Shown: positions 1 to 12,766 of the stretch, in pieces
Numbering within the stretch: the first letter of the stretch is position 1
Layout of the letters: each line of letters begins with the position of its first letter
Source: Lama glama
Taxonomy: Eukaryota
Direction of reading: 5' to 3'
Length of the DNA: 64,000 nucleotides
NCBI GenBank assembly: GCA_028534125.1
Contig: CM052816.1
Location: 40,178,001 to 40,242,000 of the forward strand
The notes under the pieces: model-generated
Seen by the model: the letters and a program-made list of their open reading frames with translations, nothing else
Databases searched by the model: none
Told to the model about the DNA's origin: nothing
Position numbers and translations under genes: made by a program

Positions 1-566
1 CTTCTCTGTAAGCATTTAATTCTCCAAATAATTATTTTACATGCTTTTCTCTTTATAATATATATTTCTGTCACTCCTATAGTTAGGATACCAGTAGCTT
101 CTCTGAATATTTTCTGAATCATTGTGCAGAAAATTATGGCATAGAATCGCTTAATTACAGGATTATGTCAAGGAATGATTTACGTCCTAGTTAAAAGTAC
201 AAAAATCATAGATGAAAATTTCCCATGTGTGAGAACTTTAAGGATGCAGAAAAATTCCCTTTCCCAGAAGTTCTGTGGATGATTAACTTCCCTCCAGCCT
301 TCAATGAGGAAGTAGATACCTACAGTTCACTAAACATTCAAATGAATTAAAATTTTAAAAGCTGGCTAATTTACGGAAGGTATGCTCATTGTTTATGGAG
401 CAAAAGATGCAAATTCTCCTTTGCTGAAATGGTTTTGTTTGTATGATGCATCTTTATGGTTCATTAACCCCATTTTTCAAGTCAGCATCATACTTCCTTT
501 CTTGCTTATATGTGCCCACCGTCTGGATGGGCCAAGCTTTAGAAAATGACTTCATCCCCTACTTAC

Positions 567-764
567 CTGGTTCTTCTAAAGCAGAGAAGCCTCCAGATGT
601 TCGTCAGTACCCGAGGCAGCACTACCTCTCTTCACGGAGCCTACTCTGCATTAACTGAATCACAAGCAAATCTCCCTCACAGCCCAACTGTACATTTTTC
701 TTGGAACCTGCTGTCTTTGGCAACTTTTTTTTAAGAATCCTTCTGGTTGGCTGGTCACAGAACA
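567..764 (-). ncRNA. Candidate spliced non-coding exon (198 bp)
   Basis: Minus-strand acceptor atttttcttgtttcAG (AG at 766-765) and donor CAG|GTAAGTA (GT at 566-565); unique sequence; stop codons in all three frames. Confidence 0.4.
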
Positions 765-1089
765 CTGAAACAAGAAAAATATGAAGCTATATAATAGTAA
801 AGAGAATATTGACTGCTTAAGAAAATCTGTGTTTAAAATGTTACCCCCAGAAGACCATATTAGTTATATCCCAATTGCGTTCTATTCTAGGAAAATGACA
901 TTACTTTACCTCTTAGATGTCACTGAAAAAAAACTAATGAAATGCTCGAAGACATAAATTGGGGGGAAATGTGGTGAAAATAAATTTTTCTTCCTTTCTT
1001 AAATATATGAGCCATTTTGGGGCATATGTTCTGTCTCTGTGCATATCAGACTTACTGCATAAATAATAATGATGCTAAAATGTATGAAA

Positions 1090-1300
1090 CATCCATGTGT
1101 CAAGAACAGGATTAAGCACTACGTGGATTATATCATTAAATTGTTCTACTTGGCACTGTTATACGTAAGCAAAATGAGAATCAGGCATTGTTATATGTAA
1201 GGAAAATGAGACTCAGAGAACTTAATTGACTTCTCCAAGGTCACACAGCTAGTAAGTGACAGAGACAGGATTCAAACCCACGGAAGTCTGATGTCAAACT
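1090..1300 (-). mobile_element. MIR SINE
   Basis: Reverse MIR core: aaatgagactcagagaacttaattgacttctccaaggtcacacagctagtaagtgacagagacaggattcaaaccca. Confidence 0.9.
1152..1215. repeat. 32-bp tandem duplication inside MIR
   Basis: ggcactgttatacgtaagcaaaatgagaatca followed by ggcattgttatatgtaaggaaaatgagactca (28/32 identical). Confidence 0.9.
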
Positions 1301-1734
1301 CAACCAGTATTATACCATACCATAACCCTTCTCAGTGTCTTAATGGAGAAATACCTTTCCATTGGCCAAAAACAAACTAGAAAATAGCAATTCTCCCTCA
1401 CTCTCTGTTTTCAGGTGTAAACTCAACCCCAAATTGCTAACTCTGTGTGCAGAAACAGCTGGTAGTCATATTTATCTTTTAATACAAGAAAGGAGTTTGT
1501 GTTGATCAAGTACATTTTTTTCCCTGAGAGATTTAATTGCATATGCTATTTAAACTGTACATGGTATATTAAGGAGAAAGGTTTACTGTGGTTTTTGAGA
1601 TAAGTACTTTCAAAGAAACGGAAAGAGATAAGTACATATCCGGGTACAGTTTCCAGCTGTACAGCTGTATGTTGTTTTGAAATAATGAAAATCAAATACC
1701 ATCAGCAGTAGTGGTTCCACTGAGGAAAACTCAC

Positions 1735-1876
1735 CTTTAGAATGGAGGAATTTGTGTATTGCTTATGCTGATTTGAGAGTTACAAACATAAAAAGGATTC
1801 CCTACGGTGGCTGATCTAATCTTGACACGGACAGTATCCACAAGATCTATAGTCAGTCACAGCTCAAAGCTGCTGC
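1735..1876 (-). ncRNA. Candidate upstream non-coding exon
   Basis: Minus-strand donor AAG|GTGAGT at 1735/1734; acceptor ttttttcttcccaAG (or nearby cAG, exon start 1872); no open frame through it. Confidence 0.25.
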
Positions 1877-2563
1877 CTTGGGAAGAAAAAATGCTTTGAT
1901 AACTCACTGTGTCAAAGAAAAGGATTTCACTGTGTGAAATATTGATTAAAACTTTAAAATAAAATTGATACTTTCTGAAAGAACCTTGTAAAGGTAACAA
2001 AGAAAATAACAAAGAAATTCCAAAGGGTGCTTTTAAGATTGTTTTCCAAAAGGTTGATCTTTAAAGAAAATCTTGCAAAAAAAATGTACATTACCTTTTA
2101 ATACCTACATCAATATAATTTTTCCACTAACAGTGACAGTATATTTTCTTCACATTACTGTTATTACTTTTTGTTTTAAGGTCAAAGGACATTCACTGTG
2201 CTTTTTAGCTAATAAAGTAAATGCATTCCAACCCTAGCCTTCAGATTATTATTTCTCAAGGTACAAACAAGTCAAGGAAAAGTCAACAGTGCAAATAGAT
2301 ATTTTACTGTCAAAGAAGATCTATGAGTCTCTCTAGGCTTTTCAATTGTATAATGTATTTATAAAATACTATAATGCTATCACAACAATTTTGGAGAGAA
2401 TTACTGTTCTATTAGGGGATGTGGGAAATTCTATAATATTATGCCAATAATAATCACAAACAAATTGGGCCAATAGGGACCCCATGATGATTACATTATT
2501 AAGGGGATTTTGACAAATGTTTAAACCGTGAAAAGTCATCCTGGATAAATTTTATCTTTTCAG

Positions 2564-2664
2564 GAAAAAATGAAGGTGGAGTGGGAAGAAGGCAAGAAGA
2601 TTGATCTAAATGGGGAGGATCCCGTTGAATCTCACCTCAATTACTGTAGACCCTTCAGAGCAAG
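2564..2664 (+). other. Candidate exon (101 bp), purine-rich
   Basis: Acceptor tttatcttttcAG at 2562-2563 and donor AAG|GTAAGA at 2664/2665; GAA-rich; frame 0 open (EKMKVEWEEGKKIDLNGEDPVESHLNYCRPFRA) but not recognised. Confidence 0.3.
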
Positions 2665-2807
2665 GTAAGAGCAAAGACTTTTCACTCCTGCACCCACTCT
2701 GACGACTGCTCTGATAAGGGGAGGTCTAAACACGTGACTCCTTTTCTTTGATGAAGAGGAGATTTCCAGTGAGGCATTAAAGTGAGTAAAGTTTGTCTAA
2801 AGGCAGA

Positions 2808-2895
2808 CATGGTGTTTTGAGATGAAATATGATGAGATGGAGCAAAATATATTGGCACAGTGCCTGGAAAATAGTAAACTGTCAAGAAATAGCAG
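2808..2895 (+). mobile_element. MIR 3' fragment
   Basis: ggcacagtgcctggaaaatagtaaactgtcaagaaatagcag resembles MIR tail. Confidence 0.6.
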
Positions 2896-3194
2896 TTGAT
2901 GGAGTGTAGCGATGATTGGGGGTCCTGAGGTGCGGGTGGGTTGTGGGTCCTAGTTCTTTCTCTGACTTAACTAGGCGTGTGACTGTGGGTGTGGGACCTG
3001 CATCTCTGCTGGTAAAGCAGGGACTGAGGCGCCAACCCCGTTCCTCACTTTAGAAGTTCTCTGAAGGACTGATTCTGGCTCTTGCAGTGTTAATTATATG
3101 ACTTTGGAAAAGGGAAGTGTTTCTCAGGCGTTCTCAGCACAGGGAAAATAATAAGCACTAGACACAGGGCTCAGGAGCCTGGTGAGGAAGGCAC

Positions 3195-3412
3195 CAGGGC
3201 CCAGGCTCTAAATTCAAGCCCCAAGTTTGAATCCTGTGCCTGCCACGAGTTGTGTGATCGTGGGCAAGCTCTCAAGGCTTTGGATCTCAGTTTCCCCTCT
3301 GTGAAACAGGGGTATAATTCCACCTTCCTCCTAGGTTATTGGACCAATTAAGAGAGCACATACATGTAAGGTGCTTTGAATTGTGCTTGGAGCGGAGTAC
3401 ATGTTCAAAACA
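3195..3412 (+). mobile_element. MIR SINE
   Basis: gtttgaatcctgtgcctgccac...tgtgtgatcgtgggcaag...ctcagtttcccctctgtgaaacaggggtataat...catgtaaggtgcttt. Confidence 0.85.
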
Positions 3413-4587
3413 CTTTAGAGGCTTGTAAAATGGCTCAAGTTTATAATATCCTGGAAAATCATACGGTTCTCTGATTTTAACCTGGTAAGTTTGCAACTGC
3501 ATCTCTACAGTCCACAAAGCCACACAAGCCCCAACTCGGCTTTATCCTGATAGGCTGGTCCTTCTTGTATACTTTTGACAGGGCTGTGGACCTAGAAGTA
3601 GTTACACTACTTGCCAAATAAAATGAAGAAGTGATACACTTAGCTCACTCATTTAAGGACAGTCACTCCATTTTCCCGTATTCTTTCCCACCCCTGTTGA
3701 AATGAATTTGTCTGAAATCTCCAAAAAATGAAGATAAAACCGTGAAGATTTTCTCTAGTAGGCTTGGGTGTCTGCTGAGGTGTTTTACATAGCACTCGGT
3801 GGGGGCGTGGGATACTCTAGGGTGAAAGTTACTCTCAGAGCACTCCTCTATTTTTGACTTGGCCTCTCAGACTATTAGTCCTCTTTGTCCTTCAAATCGT
3901 TTTATATTGCATAGCCAGACAAATTCAATTATTTCCCTAACGCTGAGCTCTGTGACTAACACTCATTCCTTTGGGGTTTAGTCAGAAACATTAGACCTGC
4001 ATGATGTATAATACCAAGTCGGGCATATTTACTAGCTTTGACCTTTATCATACATGGTATCAATAAACAATTTAAACACACTCAGGGAGAAGGTCAGGTT
4101 AAAGATAAAGCATCTGGTCTCAAAAGAAAGGCCTTTGAGCGGTATTTAATTGAATTGACTACTTTACCTTAAAAATTATGGAGAATTTACCCTTTTCCCG
4201 CAGGCCAGTGTCCCACTCCTTCCAATCCATGCTTCTGGCTATGGTACAACTTTGTCTAGCTGTCCTTTTAAAATTATTTTTAGATCATGTTGCTAGCTGA
4301 CAATGCTACTTTCTGAAGTATTAGAAAATATATCTTTTGGGTTAACATAATTAAAAGTTGGCAATATATGTAAATTTATAATATCATTAGTATTTCAACC
4401 TCCTATTTTCTTTTTGTCAACATTTCTTAGAATGCAGTATCAGTACAATTAAATTACCCGCAGATTTAAATGTCCACCTCACCTTATTCATTCAACCTGG
4501 AGCTACCCAGGTACTAAGTGTTCACCCCCAGCTACTTGTATTTCACATCAGTTTGACTTCCTTGCTTAGCTGACCTTGTTTTGACCT

Positions 4588-4940
4588 AGTTATTACAAAC
4601 TTAAATGCTTATAGGTGCCCAATAGAACTAATGCTTAAAGCAGGTATTAGATGACTATCGGTGTATATTAAAATATATTTTCAGGGAGCCATGTAATGTA
4701 ACATAGAATTAATATCATTCTACAAATTATACCCTACAATTTTTTGACAGTTAAGGTCTATTTTTCTTAGAGCAGTCAATTTTCTTAGATTTGAATGAGA
4801 AAAACTTAAGCCCGGATGTTCATCCATGCCAAAATCCCCTCAAACCACTGTCCATGTGGCACTGTGGCCTGAACCAAACAAATCTTATTTGCATGGCTCA
4901 TGTCTGAGATACATGGTTACGTGGCTGCCTTTTGACTTCA
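4588..4940. mobile_element. hAT-Charlie-type non-autonomous DNA transposon (MER113-like)
   Basis: acaaacttaaatgcttataggtgccc start and gtggctgccttttgac end resemble degenerate Charlie-family termini. Confidence 0.45.
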
Positions 4941-5764
4941 TTTGATTCTTGCAGTGTTACTTAGTGGAAATGGGCTCCGTGTACTCGTCAGGCTGTAAGA
5001 GTCTGTGATTCTGGTGTATCTGCACTAATGCTTCAAAACTCCATGTCCTTTGGCAAATCTAAAAGAACACATTGTGGCCACCATATCAGGGCCACACGAC
5101 AGAGGTTAAAGTACAGAACCCACGGACAGTTCTGCAGGTGCCCATCATCACGTTGGGCCAGAGACAGTCTTGGTGAACCACCTGTGAGGGTCTTTATGCT
5201 CCTTCTTACTCACTACATCACCCTTGCCTTCATGGATTCTTTTTTTTTTTTTCTGCTTCAATATTCTACTCAAACCTTTTCTTTTCCCAGAAGAAAATAA
5301 ATCAAAGCCCTGTAAAGCTTGTCCTATGTTTTATTCAGTACTAGTCATTGGTCCCCCAGTACTGCTTGAAAGCAAAACTGCATGGGGAAACCTAAGATGG
5401 TCAAAAGAACCAGGTTTTAGTTGTGTGTTTTACCCACTGCTTCATCCTAACTCATTCCTGTACCTCTGTCTCCCTGACCCGTGTCAGGGACTGCCCCTTC
5501 ACCCCAGGTCAGTCTGCAGCCCGCTTCTAAACTGATCCTGACCACTGCAACAACGGTTCGTTACAAACAGTACTTTCATCTTCCTGAGCTTCCTTCCCAC
5601 ACCCTTACAACGGGGAGAGTCTCACATTCTTAACTCTTTGCTTTCTTCCTCCTCCCTCCAAATGTTACAAAAATTGCACTTTTCCTATGTCTGGTTCATG
5701 ATTGTTAAGAATCTATTTAATTTATGCTACATCGTTACCAGCATGTATTAAATTAGGGAGGCTG

Positions 5765-5990
5765 GGTGACTGAATGAAATGAGCTAAGATTTCAGGTTTA
5801 ATTAGACTTAGTTTCAACTACCTGTTTCCTGTGTGATACGATCAACTCACTGAACCTCCGTTTACTTATCTGTAATACAAGGCAAATACACACACTCAAG
5901 CAGTTCTGGATTTAGTAAATGAGATGATTAGATGGGCTAGCATAGTTTCTGGCACATGGCCGTTATTTCTGAGGTTAACAATAATCACTA
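5765..5990 (+). mobile_element. MIR SINE
   Basis: ctgtgtgatacgatcaactcactgaacctccgtttacttatctgtaata...aaatgagatga...ctggcacatgg. Confidence 0.75.
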
Positions 5991-7009
5991 GAGTGATATG
6001 AGAGTCGGTATGAAAGCAACTTTTTCTGAGTCTGGTAACAAAAGACCAAATGCTTAGAAGAACGCGTAGTGATGTTAGAGGGTGTTTGAAGAGGAAGTAG
6101 TGAGGACAAAACTGTCTCTTTTCAGGTTAGAGACACATTTTCCATTACACCCCTTCCTCCTCTTGCCTTAACCACTCGAAATAAATTTGCATTGAATCAA
6201 TGAATATGGTTGGACTAGGCTTTGAAAGATTTTCAGCTGTATCAACAAGTCCTCCTGTACTGCCATACTGATCCCACCGACCTGCCATGTTGTCTGAAGA
6301 ATCCCACCTGTGAGGCCACTGTTTTGGGTAAATTGTGGTGGATGCCTGCTTTAATCCCAAAAGTGTTGTGTAGGTGGTATAACATGTTAAACCCTGATTG
6401 TGACATTAGTCTTTTAGATGGATTAGCTGCTACAGGACACAAGGCAGAGCCTCTGGGAAAAATGAAGGGCAGACTGAGATAAAGGATAAAGAATGTTTGC
6501 GTGTTTAATTCCTGCTGTCCAGGAAGGCAAAGCCCAGTGGAAAAGCTTGCGTCAACTCTGTGTAATTTGGGGTCTTTCTGAGAACCAGTTATCAGGGAAG
6601 ACAGAGACAGATTTGTAGAAAAAGGGCCTTAGTATGGGTCTTGATCCTAAATAATGGGTGCCCCTCCAGCATTTTTCTTACTTTTCCTTCTTCATATTTA
6701 GTGATTTTTTTAAACACTATGTGTTTTAATCTAGATAGTAGCTAGGGCAGGTGGATAACTAGGATAACCTAGGTGGATAACTGGAGGAAAAATTTCACTG
6801 AAGGTAAGGTATTCAATAGAGTTAAAGTAGACACAGTCCCTGGCACAAAAACGCACACCTGTGTCTGATATTTTTGAGCACTAGCTATGTCTATTTCCCT
6901 GCCATGCAGCAGTAATTCAGAGATTAAAGAATTTATGTTTTCCAGCCCAAGAAGCATCATGCTCTTGTGGAGTAAACCAATACGTGCAAGATAAACTAGA
7001 CTGCAGGTG

Positions 7010-7307
7010 AACATCTCCTCTTCAAGACCCAAGTCAAATGTTTCATATGTTAAGCCTTAACTGACTCAAATCCAAGGCAATTTGATCACCTCCTTGTAGA
7101 AACTCCATCTCTTGCAAATACCTTCATCCTTGGGCTTATGATCCTATGTTGCAATCAAATGTTTGTACATCTATCTCTACAACTAACTTGTAAGCTTCTT
7201 TGAAGCAAAGGGTTAACTTTTGTTCAACTCTGTACCCTTAGTACCTAGCAGAGATTGATTTGTAATGGGCATTCAGATGTTTTCTGAATGAATGAATGAA
7301 TGAATGA
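7010..7307 (+). mobile_element. L2 LINE 3' end
   Basis: cttgtaagcttctttgaagcaaaggg...tgtacccttagtacctagca... ending in (tgaa)n tail. Confidence 0.85.
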
Positions 7308-8644
7308 CTGTTATAATCATGTTGTGAACTGTCTTTGAAGAGAGCACATTTATTCTAGCAGAGAGAAAGGCGTCACTGAGGAAATGACCTTCGACTTGGG
7401 TTTTGAAAGATGAGATAAATTATGCTAGTATACAATCAGACAAAGCTCAACAGATTTCTAAGTGGATTCTAAATGCATTCAGCTAAATTGCTTAGAGTGT
7501 CCAAACACAACCTAAAGACAGCTTGTCAAAATAGGCGAGAAATTGCTTAGGGAAATATACTGAAGCTCAGAGCAGCAAAAGTATTTATTTTTCAAGCAGA
7601 ATTATCAAGAATTTACAGAGACAAAAAAAAACTAAGAGACTTCATTGCAATGAACTTTTTCAGTGAACACCACATGCCACGTGATTGCTGGGCCCTTTTT
7701 CTGGATTTCAGGGTACACAGCTGGAATTTGCATGAGGATGTCATGCGATTAATCCCTTAATAGCACACTGAAGGTATGCTGACAGGCCTGCAGTGGTGTG
7801 TCCCATGGTTGACAGAATTTGTCACACTTTGGGTCCTCCTCACATGGAACTTATCACTGGTTCTTAAGTGTCTCTCCCTTCTTGCCTGGAGGGGGCAAAT
7901 CATCCTTCTAATATTTTCCCAGATATTTCCATGCTGAGAGCTGAGTTTAGTGTGAGGAGATTTTGCTAAAAATAGTTGAGAGACATGTCAGGGCATTATT
8001 ATGGCCAATTTGACTTGGAGTGGTCCAAGGAAACTAGCTCTCATGTGAAGTTAGTTAAAATCAGATTTACTGTGCATAATGGTAGTTTTGTGATGTGTGA
8101 CCATAAAAAGGACCAGTCTTGGTATATTTCTTGAAATGTAGCAAGTCAAATGTCTCTGAGAGTTAGCTCATGGAAGGAAGATTTTGAAAATCTTAAATTT
8201 AACTACACTAAAACTACTGTTTTATTTTCCTTTGTTTTAAGAGATTAAGATTCAGTCCAGTGGTGATAGTAATCTTGGGTACATTTTAACTTGTTTTTCA
8301 AGTTGTGCTACATTTTAACCCCTTGCATTAGGCAAGCCATGAAAAACATACCTGTCAGTAGGGTTTTAGCATCCACACCAAGAGAGACTGTGATTTCACT
8401 GTACCATCTGTTTACCAGACCACTCCTGTGTTGTTTTCCAGTTATACATACAATGTTTTAAAAGGATCAAAGATCAAATGTGTTGTGCACTGAGGAGGAC
8501 AGCTGGAACTGAGAGGTGTCTGAATATCGAGACACATGAGGACAGATAAAATAGTTGAGAATATTAAACTTAGAGAAAAAATAACTTTGAAGATCACAAC
8601 AATAGCTAAAGTATTGTCATGCTGTAGATGAAGTGAACCTTTTG

Positions 8645-8885
8645 CTTGGCTCCAGAGGACCAAGCTCTGGTGAAAGTGTAAGAGTTACAGGAAAATAGAT
8701 TTCATTTCCAAGTGTAAAGATCTTGCGTAAAGACACCTAATCAACAACAGGATGGAATACCTGGAAAAGTATCAACAGAGTTGTTTAAGGAGAGGCTGAG
8801 GATGATCCAGCAGGAATACTGAAAGAGATTTGGGCGTTAGATGGAGATTTGGACCAAATGACTTACGATTCCTTCATATCTATAA
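8645..8885 (+). mobile_element. L3/CR1 LINE 3' end
   Basis: gagttacaggaaaatagatttc...tttaaggagaggctgaggatga...ttggaccaaatgac...ttccttc matches CR1 3' end layout. Confidence 0.7.
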
Positions 8886-8904
8886 AATTAACCAACCAGA
8901 TAAT

Positions 8905-10290
8905 TAGATGGATTACAAAGTCATAAATAATAAATATGGTATGGTATCAGACAGAAATAGATAATAGTCAAATAGAATCAGAGAAAGGGCTCAGAGACAG
9001 AAATATGAACATACAGAACCTTAATTTATAGTAAAGAGGCCCAACAGATCAATGAATAAAAGGTAAACTCTTTTCGTATCTTAGTGTTAAATAATCTCTC
9101 ATTATATGGAGAAAACAAAGTTGGATCACTACCTATCAGCACTTTAAAAAGATGATTCCCAAAGAATTAAATACTAAATGTTAAAAGTAATACTATAAAA
9201 ATATTAGTAGGAAATGTTGAAAAGTATCTCAATGATTTAAAGAAAAGGACTTTTTAAATTTCAAAAGCACAAACCATAGGAGAAAAAATTTATTTAATTA
9301 CATTATGTAAAATTAAGAATTTATATCCAAAATGGACTCTGAACAAAATTAGTACATAGAAAACAGAATGGGAAAAGAGATTTGAAGTCTATAAATGGCA
9401 GAGCAACAAAAGCTAGGATTCCCCAAGTCAACAAGGTGGCCCGAACAGGAAAATTGACAAAGCAATTGAAATTGACAAGCTGAATAAGAATTTTACAGAG
9501 GAGATAATCAAAATAGTTAAGAAACATAAGGCAGTGTTCACAATCATTAGTAAACAGAGAATTACAAGTGTAAAGGCAATGAGATATACCTATTAATAGC
9601 CAAAAAATTAAAAAGCTGGGTAATACCAAGTGTTGGCATAGATATGAGCTATATGAATTTCCATTGGCTGCTACTGAGAATATGGATTGTAATACTCATT
9701 CCAGAGAGAGTCTGTCGTTTCCTAATAAAATAAAATTATGTATGCCTTACTGTCCAGGAGTTCCACTTCTTGACGTATAGTTCTAAGAAGTTCTCACACA
9801 AGTCTTCAGAGAGATACGTACATTGGTGTTCATTGTAGCAATATTTATAGTAATAGGGAGTTTGAGGCAACCTGGGAGTGCACTGCTAGAAGGATAGAAA
9901 AGAAAATGAGATCCATGCACACCATGAAATTGTGTATGAAATACTGAGTATTGAAGTCATGAATTCATATACAAAGAGATATGAATGTTCTTAAAACAGT
10001 ATTTAATGATAAAAGGGAAGAAAGATGATAGAGATTTTCATATATAGCATAATACCATGTAAGTACATTAAAAACACTCACCCACATTTGCAAAAACACA
10101 CATATGCCAAATACAAATTAAATGTATTAGTATAATGACTACCGGATAAACAGGAATAGAAGTACAGTGTTAGAGTAAGAGGAATAAATAAGGGAAACAA
10201 AAGAGAAACCTTGCGTGGATCATTGAGGATAATGTGCCATGTACTGAGCATAACTAACACTATGCATCTAAATATCAGAAAACAAAATAA
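8905..10290 (+). mobile_element. Old L1M (ORF2 3' part and 3' UTR), degenerate
   Basis: A-rich L1 hallmarks: tggtatcagacagaaataga, caaaagcacaaaccatagg, taataccaagtgttggc, ttccacttcttgacgtatag, gttcattgtagcaatatttatagtaa. Confidence 0.9.
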
Positions 10291-10879
10291 TAAAGCAATA
10301 AAATCGTATTTTGTGTTCAGGGGACCTAAAGACCCATAACAACTTACACCTTTTACTCAGATCTCCTACGAAGGTATAGGACTTCATTTTCCCTTTCTCA
10401 CGTGGCCGGCCTCAAGTTTTGACCTTATAATGTATACCTTTTGTGAAGGAGTTTCTTCCAACCTATTATGGCTATATATATGTGAAAGAATAGCAAAGGA
10501 GAATTATCTCTGACTTTTTCACTTTGAAACTGTTTTCAACTATGCACTAAAATATTTCAATCATTTTTAAAGTTTTCATTTTTTAATGGAAGAAAAGTTT
10601 AATTTGAAGATCATATGAAACTGTTATAATAGCTTATTAAACATAAAGGATAAAAGAACTAGTGAAGCTTTAAAATGGTAATTAAAAGAGCTGATGTGTG
10701 TCTAATGCATTTATTCAATGTCTTCTAGCAGTAAGTCATGATAATGTTAAAAATTTTGCCTATATGTTCGAGTTATTATTATTGCTGGAATTTCCATCTC
10801 CATCAGCTGACAAAGTCCTGTGCTGTCACTGTATCTGAGCCAACAGAAGTAGTAAACGACACACTCAGATTAAGATACG

Positions 10880-11015
10880 TGCACACACCGCTTGCTGTAA
10901 CCCAGTCTCCCTCCTTACAGGGAGTGCATGGAGCCTACCCTGCTTCCCCAGAACTGTGGAGGAGGAGGGTTGCTATGTGACTTCCTCATCAAAGTGAAAT
11001 TAGAAGTGACACAAA
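10880..11015 (+). mobile_element. MaLR MLT1 LTR fragment
   Basis: gctatgtgacttcctcatcaaagtgaaattagaagtgacaca. Confidence 0.5.
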
Positions 11016-11062
11016 TTACTTAATCATCCTCTGTATGTGGAGGGGTATTCTGTTTCAGGGGG

Positions 11063-11280
11063 CTTTAAAGTTTACAGAGGAATTTACAGGTATTAGCTAA
11101 TCACTGTGTCACAAGCAACTGCCTGTAAGATAAGTAGAGTATTATCTTGATTTTACAGAGAGAGAAACTGGATCTACAAAGACATTTTCATACACATGCT
11201 AAAGGTCACATAAGTTCTTATGCTAAAATGTGATTTGAACACGTTTCCTAGTTCCAAAGTAGAATCATTTTCTCTAACAT
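11063..11280 (-). mobile_element. MIR SINE
   Basis: attttacagagagagaaactggatc...aaggtcacataag...gatttgaacac. Confidence 0.75.
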
Positions 11281-12050
11281 GATTTAAAATTGCCATCAGA
11301 CCGTAAGCAGCTTCCTCAAATTATTTCCCAATTTGAATCAGAAGTTACATTTCCCTAATGCCTGCTAGTAGGGAAAGGTACAACATACCAGAAAGAGGAG
11401 AGGGGAGTCTGAATGGAATCGTAGAACATTCTGGTACCATGTATGGTCTGACCTAATAATTTCAAGCTGGATTTAGGTTGATTTGGTTGTGTTTTATGAG
11501 CTTGCTCAATAATCCACGTAGAAGGATAAAAATTTATGTTTTAAATAAAATATAAAATAACAGGATGATGTTGGTAGACTGATTAAACTGTACGCTGCCT
11601 TATCTATAACTTTAAGTACATGATTCTATTAGATGAGAGTGTAGAAACAGAAAAAAATTACAGAAGCCTAAATAATAAATATGAAATATATGTAAATGTA
11701 TAAATGTTGTGCTGGATTTCTCTATAAATCAAGGTAGTGTTTTGCATATCATAGCTCTCTCGACAAAAAAGTGTCATTATGAGTCCATAGGATGCAGATT
11801 TATTTGTAGAGAGGGAATTGTAGGTCACTGACAGTAGAAAGAAGAGACCCAATGATTTCTTGAGTAGGAGTAAATTGTCAGAAATCCCTACTCAGAAAAA
11901 ACTCACACACTTTCCATAATTCATGATTAATTTGGCCTTTTAGCAACTGCAAATAGCTCAGGGAGTGTATGTGGACCAGGCTGGGAGTGGGTGGAGGGGG
12001 AAGCTAGTGTATAGAATATTCACAAGTTGGTGTCAATCATTTTAATTAAA

Positions 12051-12271
12051 CTGGGGTTTTACAAACTGTAAATGTTGACCCACTAATGAGGCTCCATGAA
12101 CAATTCTCAAAAGTAAAATAGAATGGAATAGCAAATGAATAGAATAGAAAACATAACAGTGATTATAAACGGTATAGGTAAAATCTGATTTTTGAAATAT
12201 TTGTTTTGGTTATTTCATGTGTGTGTTTATATTTAGGATGTAAATGGTTCCTAAATTTTTAAAAACCAATG
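12051..12271. mobile_element. hAT-Charlie DNA transposon (Charlie4z-like)
   Basis: ctggggttttacaaactgt...gacccactaatg...aatagaatagaaaac...tttaaaaaccaatg termini. Confidence 0.6.
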
Positions 12272-12511
12272 CATGCAATAGCGTCATGCTGACAGCCACA
12301 GAGCTCAACACAAGAAGTACTGGTGGAGATGGACAGGAAGGGGCTCAGGGAGCAGGTGTCTTTGGAACTGGTATCTTCTGAAGTACAAAAGGGACCATGA
12401 ACCTACATTCAGAAGACTGAGGCACAGTAAGAGACTAGACACTGGTGTGTCTGGTCTAGTTAGGAATGCCACTCAGCCCAGTCTCCCCCAGGTTAACCTG
12501 TTTTCTACAGT

Positions 12512-12766
12512 CCAGGAATCTGCCAACTACCATTTGTTTTATATCTTTTATATTTTGCAAACTAAAAATGCTTTTAACATTTATATGATTAAATTTTTAA
12601 AAAATAATATTTTGTGACATTTGAAAGTTATAAGGAATTCAAAACTCACTATCCATCCACATACTTGCACGGTCACATGCTTTCATTTACATATTGCCTA
12701 TGACTTCATTGGTGCTACAACAGCAGAGTTAAGTAGTTGTGACAGACACTGTGTGGTCGACAAAGG
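12512..12766. mobile_element. MER58B hAT-Charlie DNA transposon
   Basis: aataatattttgtgacatttgaaagttata...catttacatattgcctatg...gctacaacagcagagttaagtagttgtgacagacac. Confidence 0.85.

Noticed and set aside
6749..6782. aggtggataact short direct repeats (similar micro-duplication at ~14264-14287)
   Set aside because: Ordinary replication-slippage micro-duplications with no further structure.
4887..7733. Three ATTTGCAT octamer motifs
   Set aside because: Widely spaced; an AT-rich 8-mer is expected several times in 64 kb.
9321..9629. 102-aa hydrophobic ORF on minus strand
   Set aside because: Antisense of an A-rich L1, which produces spurious Phe/Leu-rich frames.
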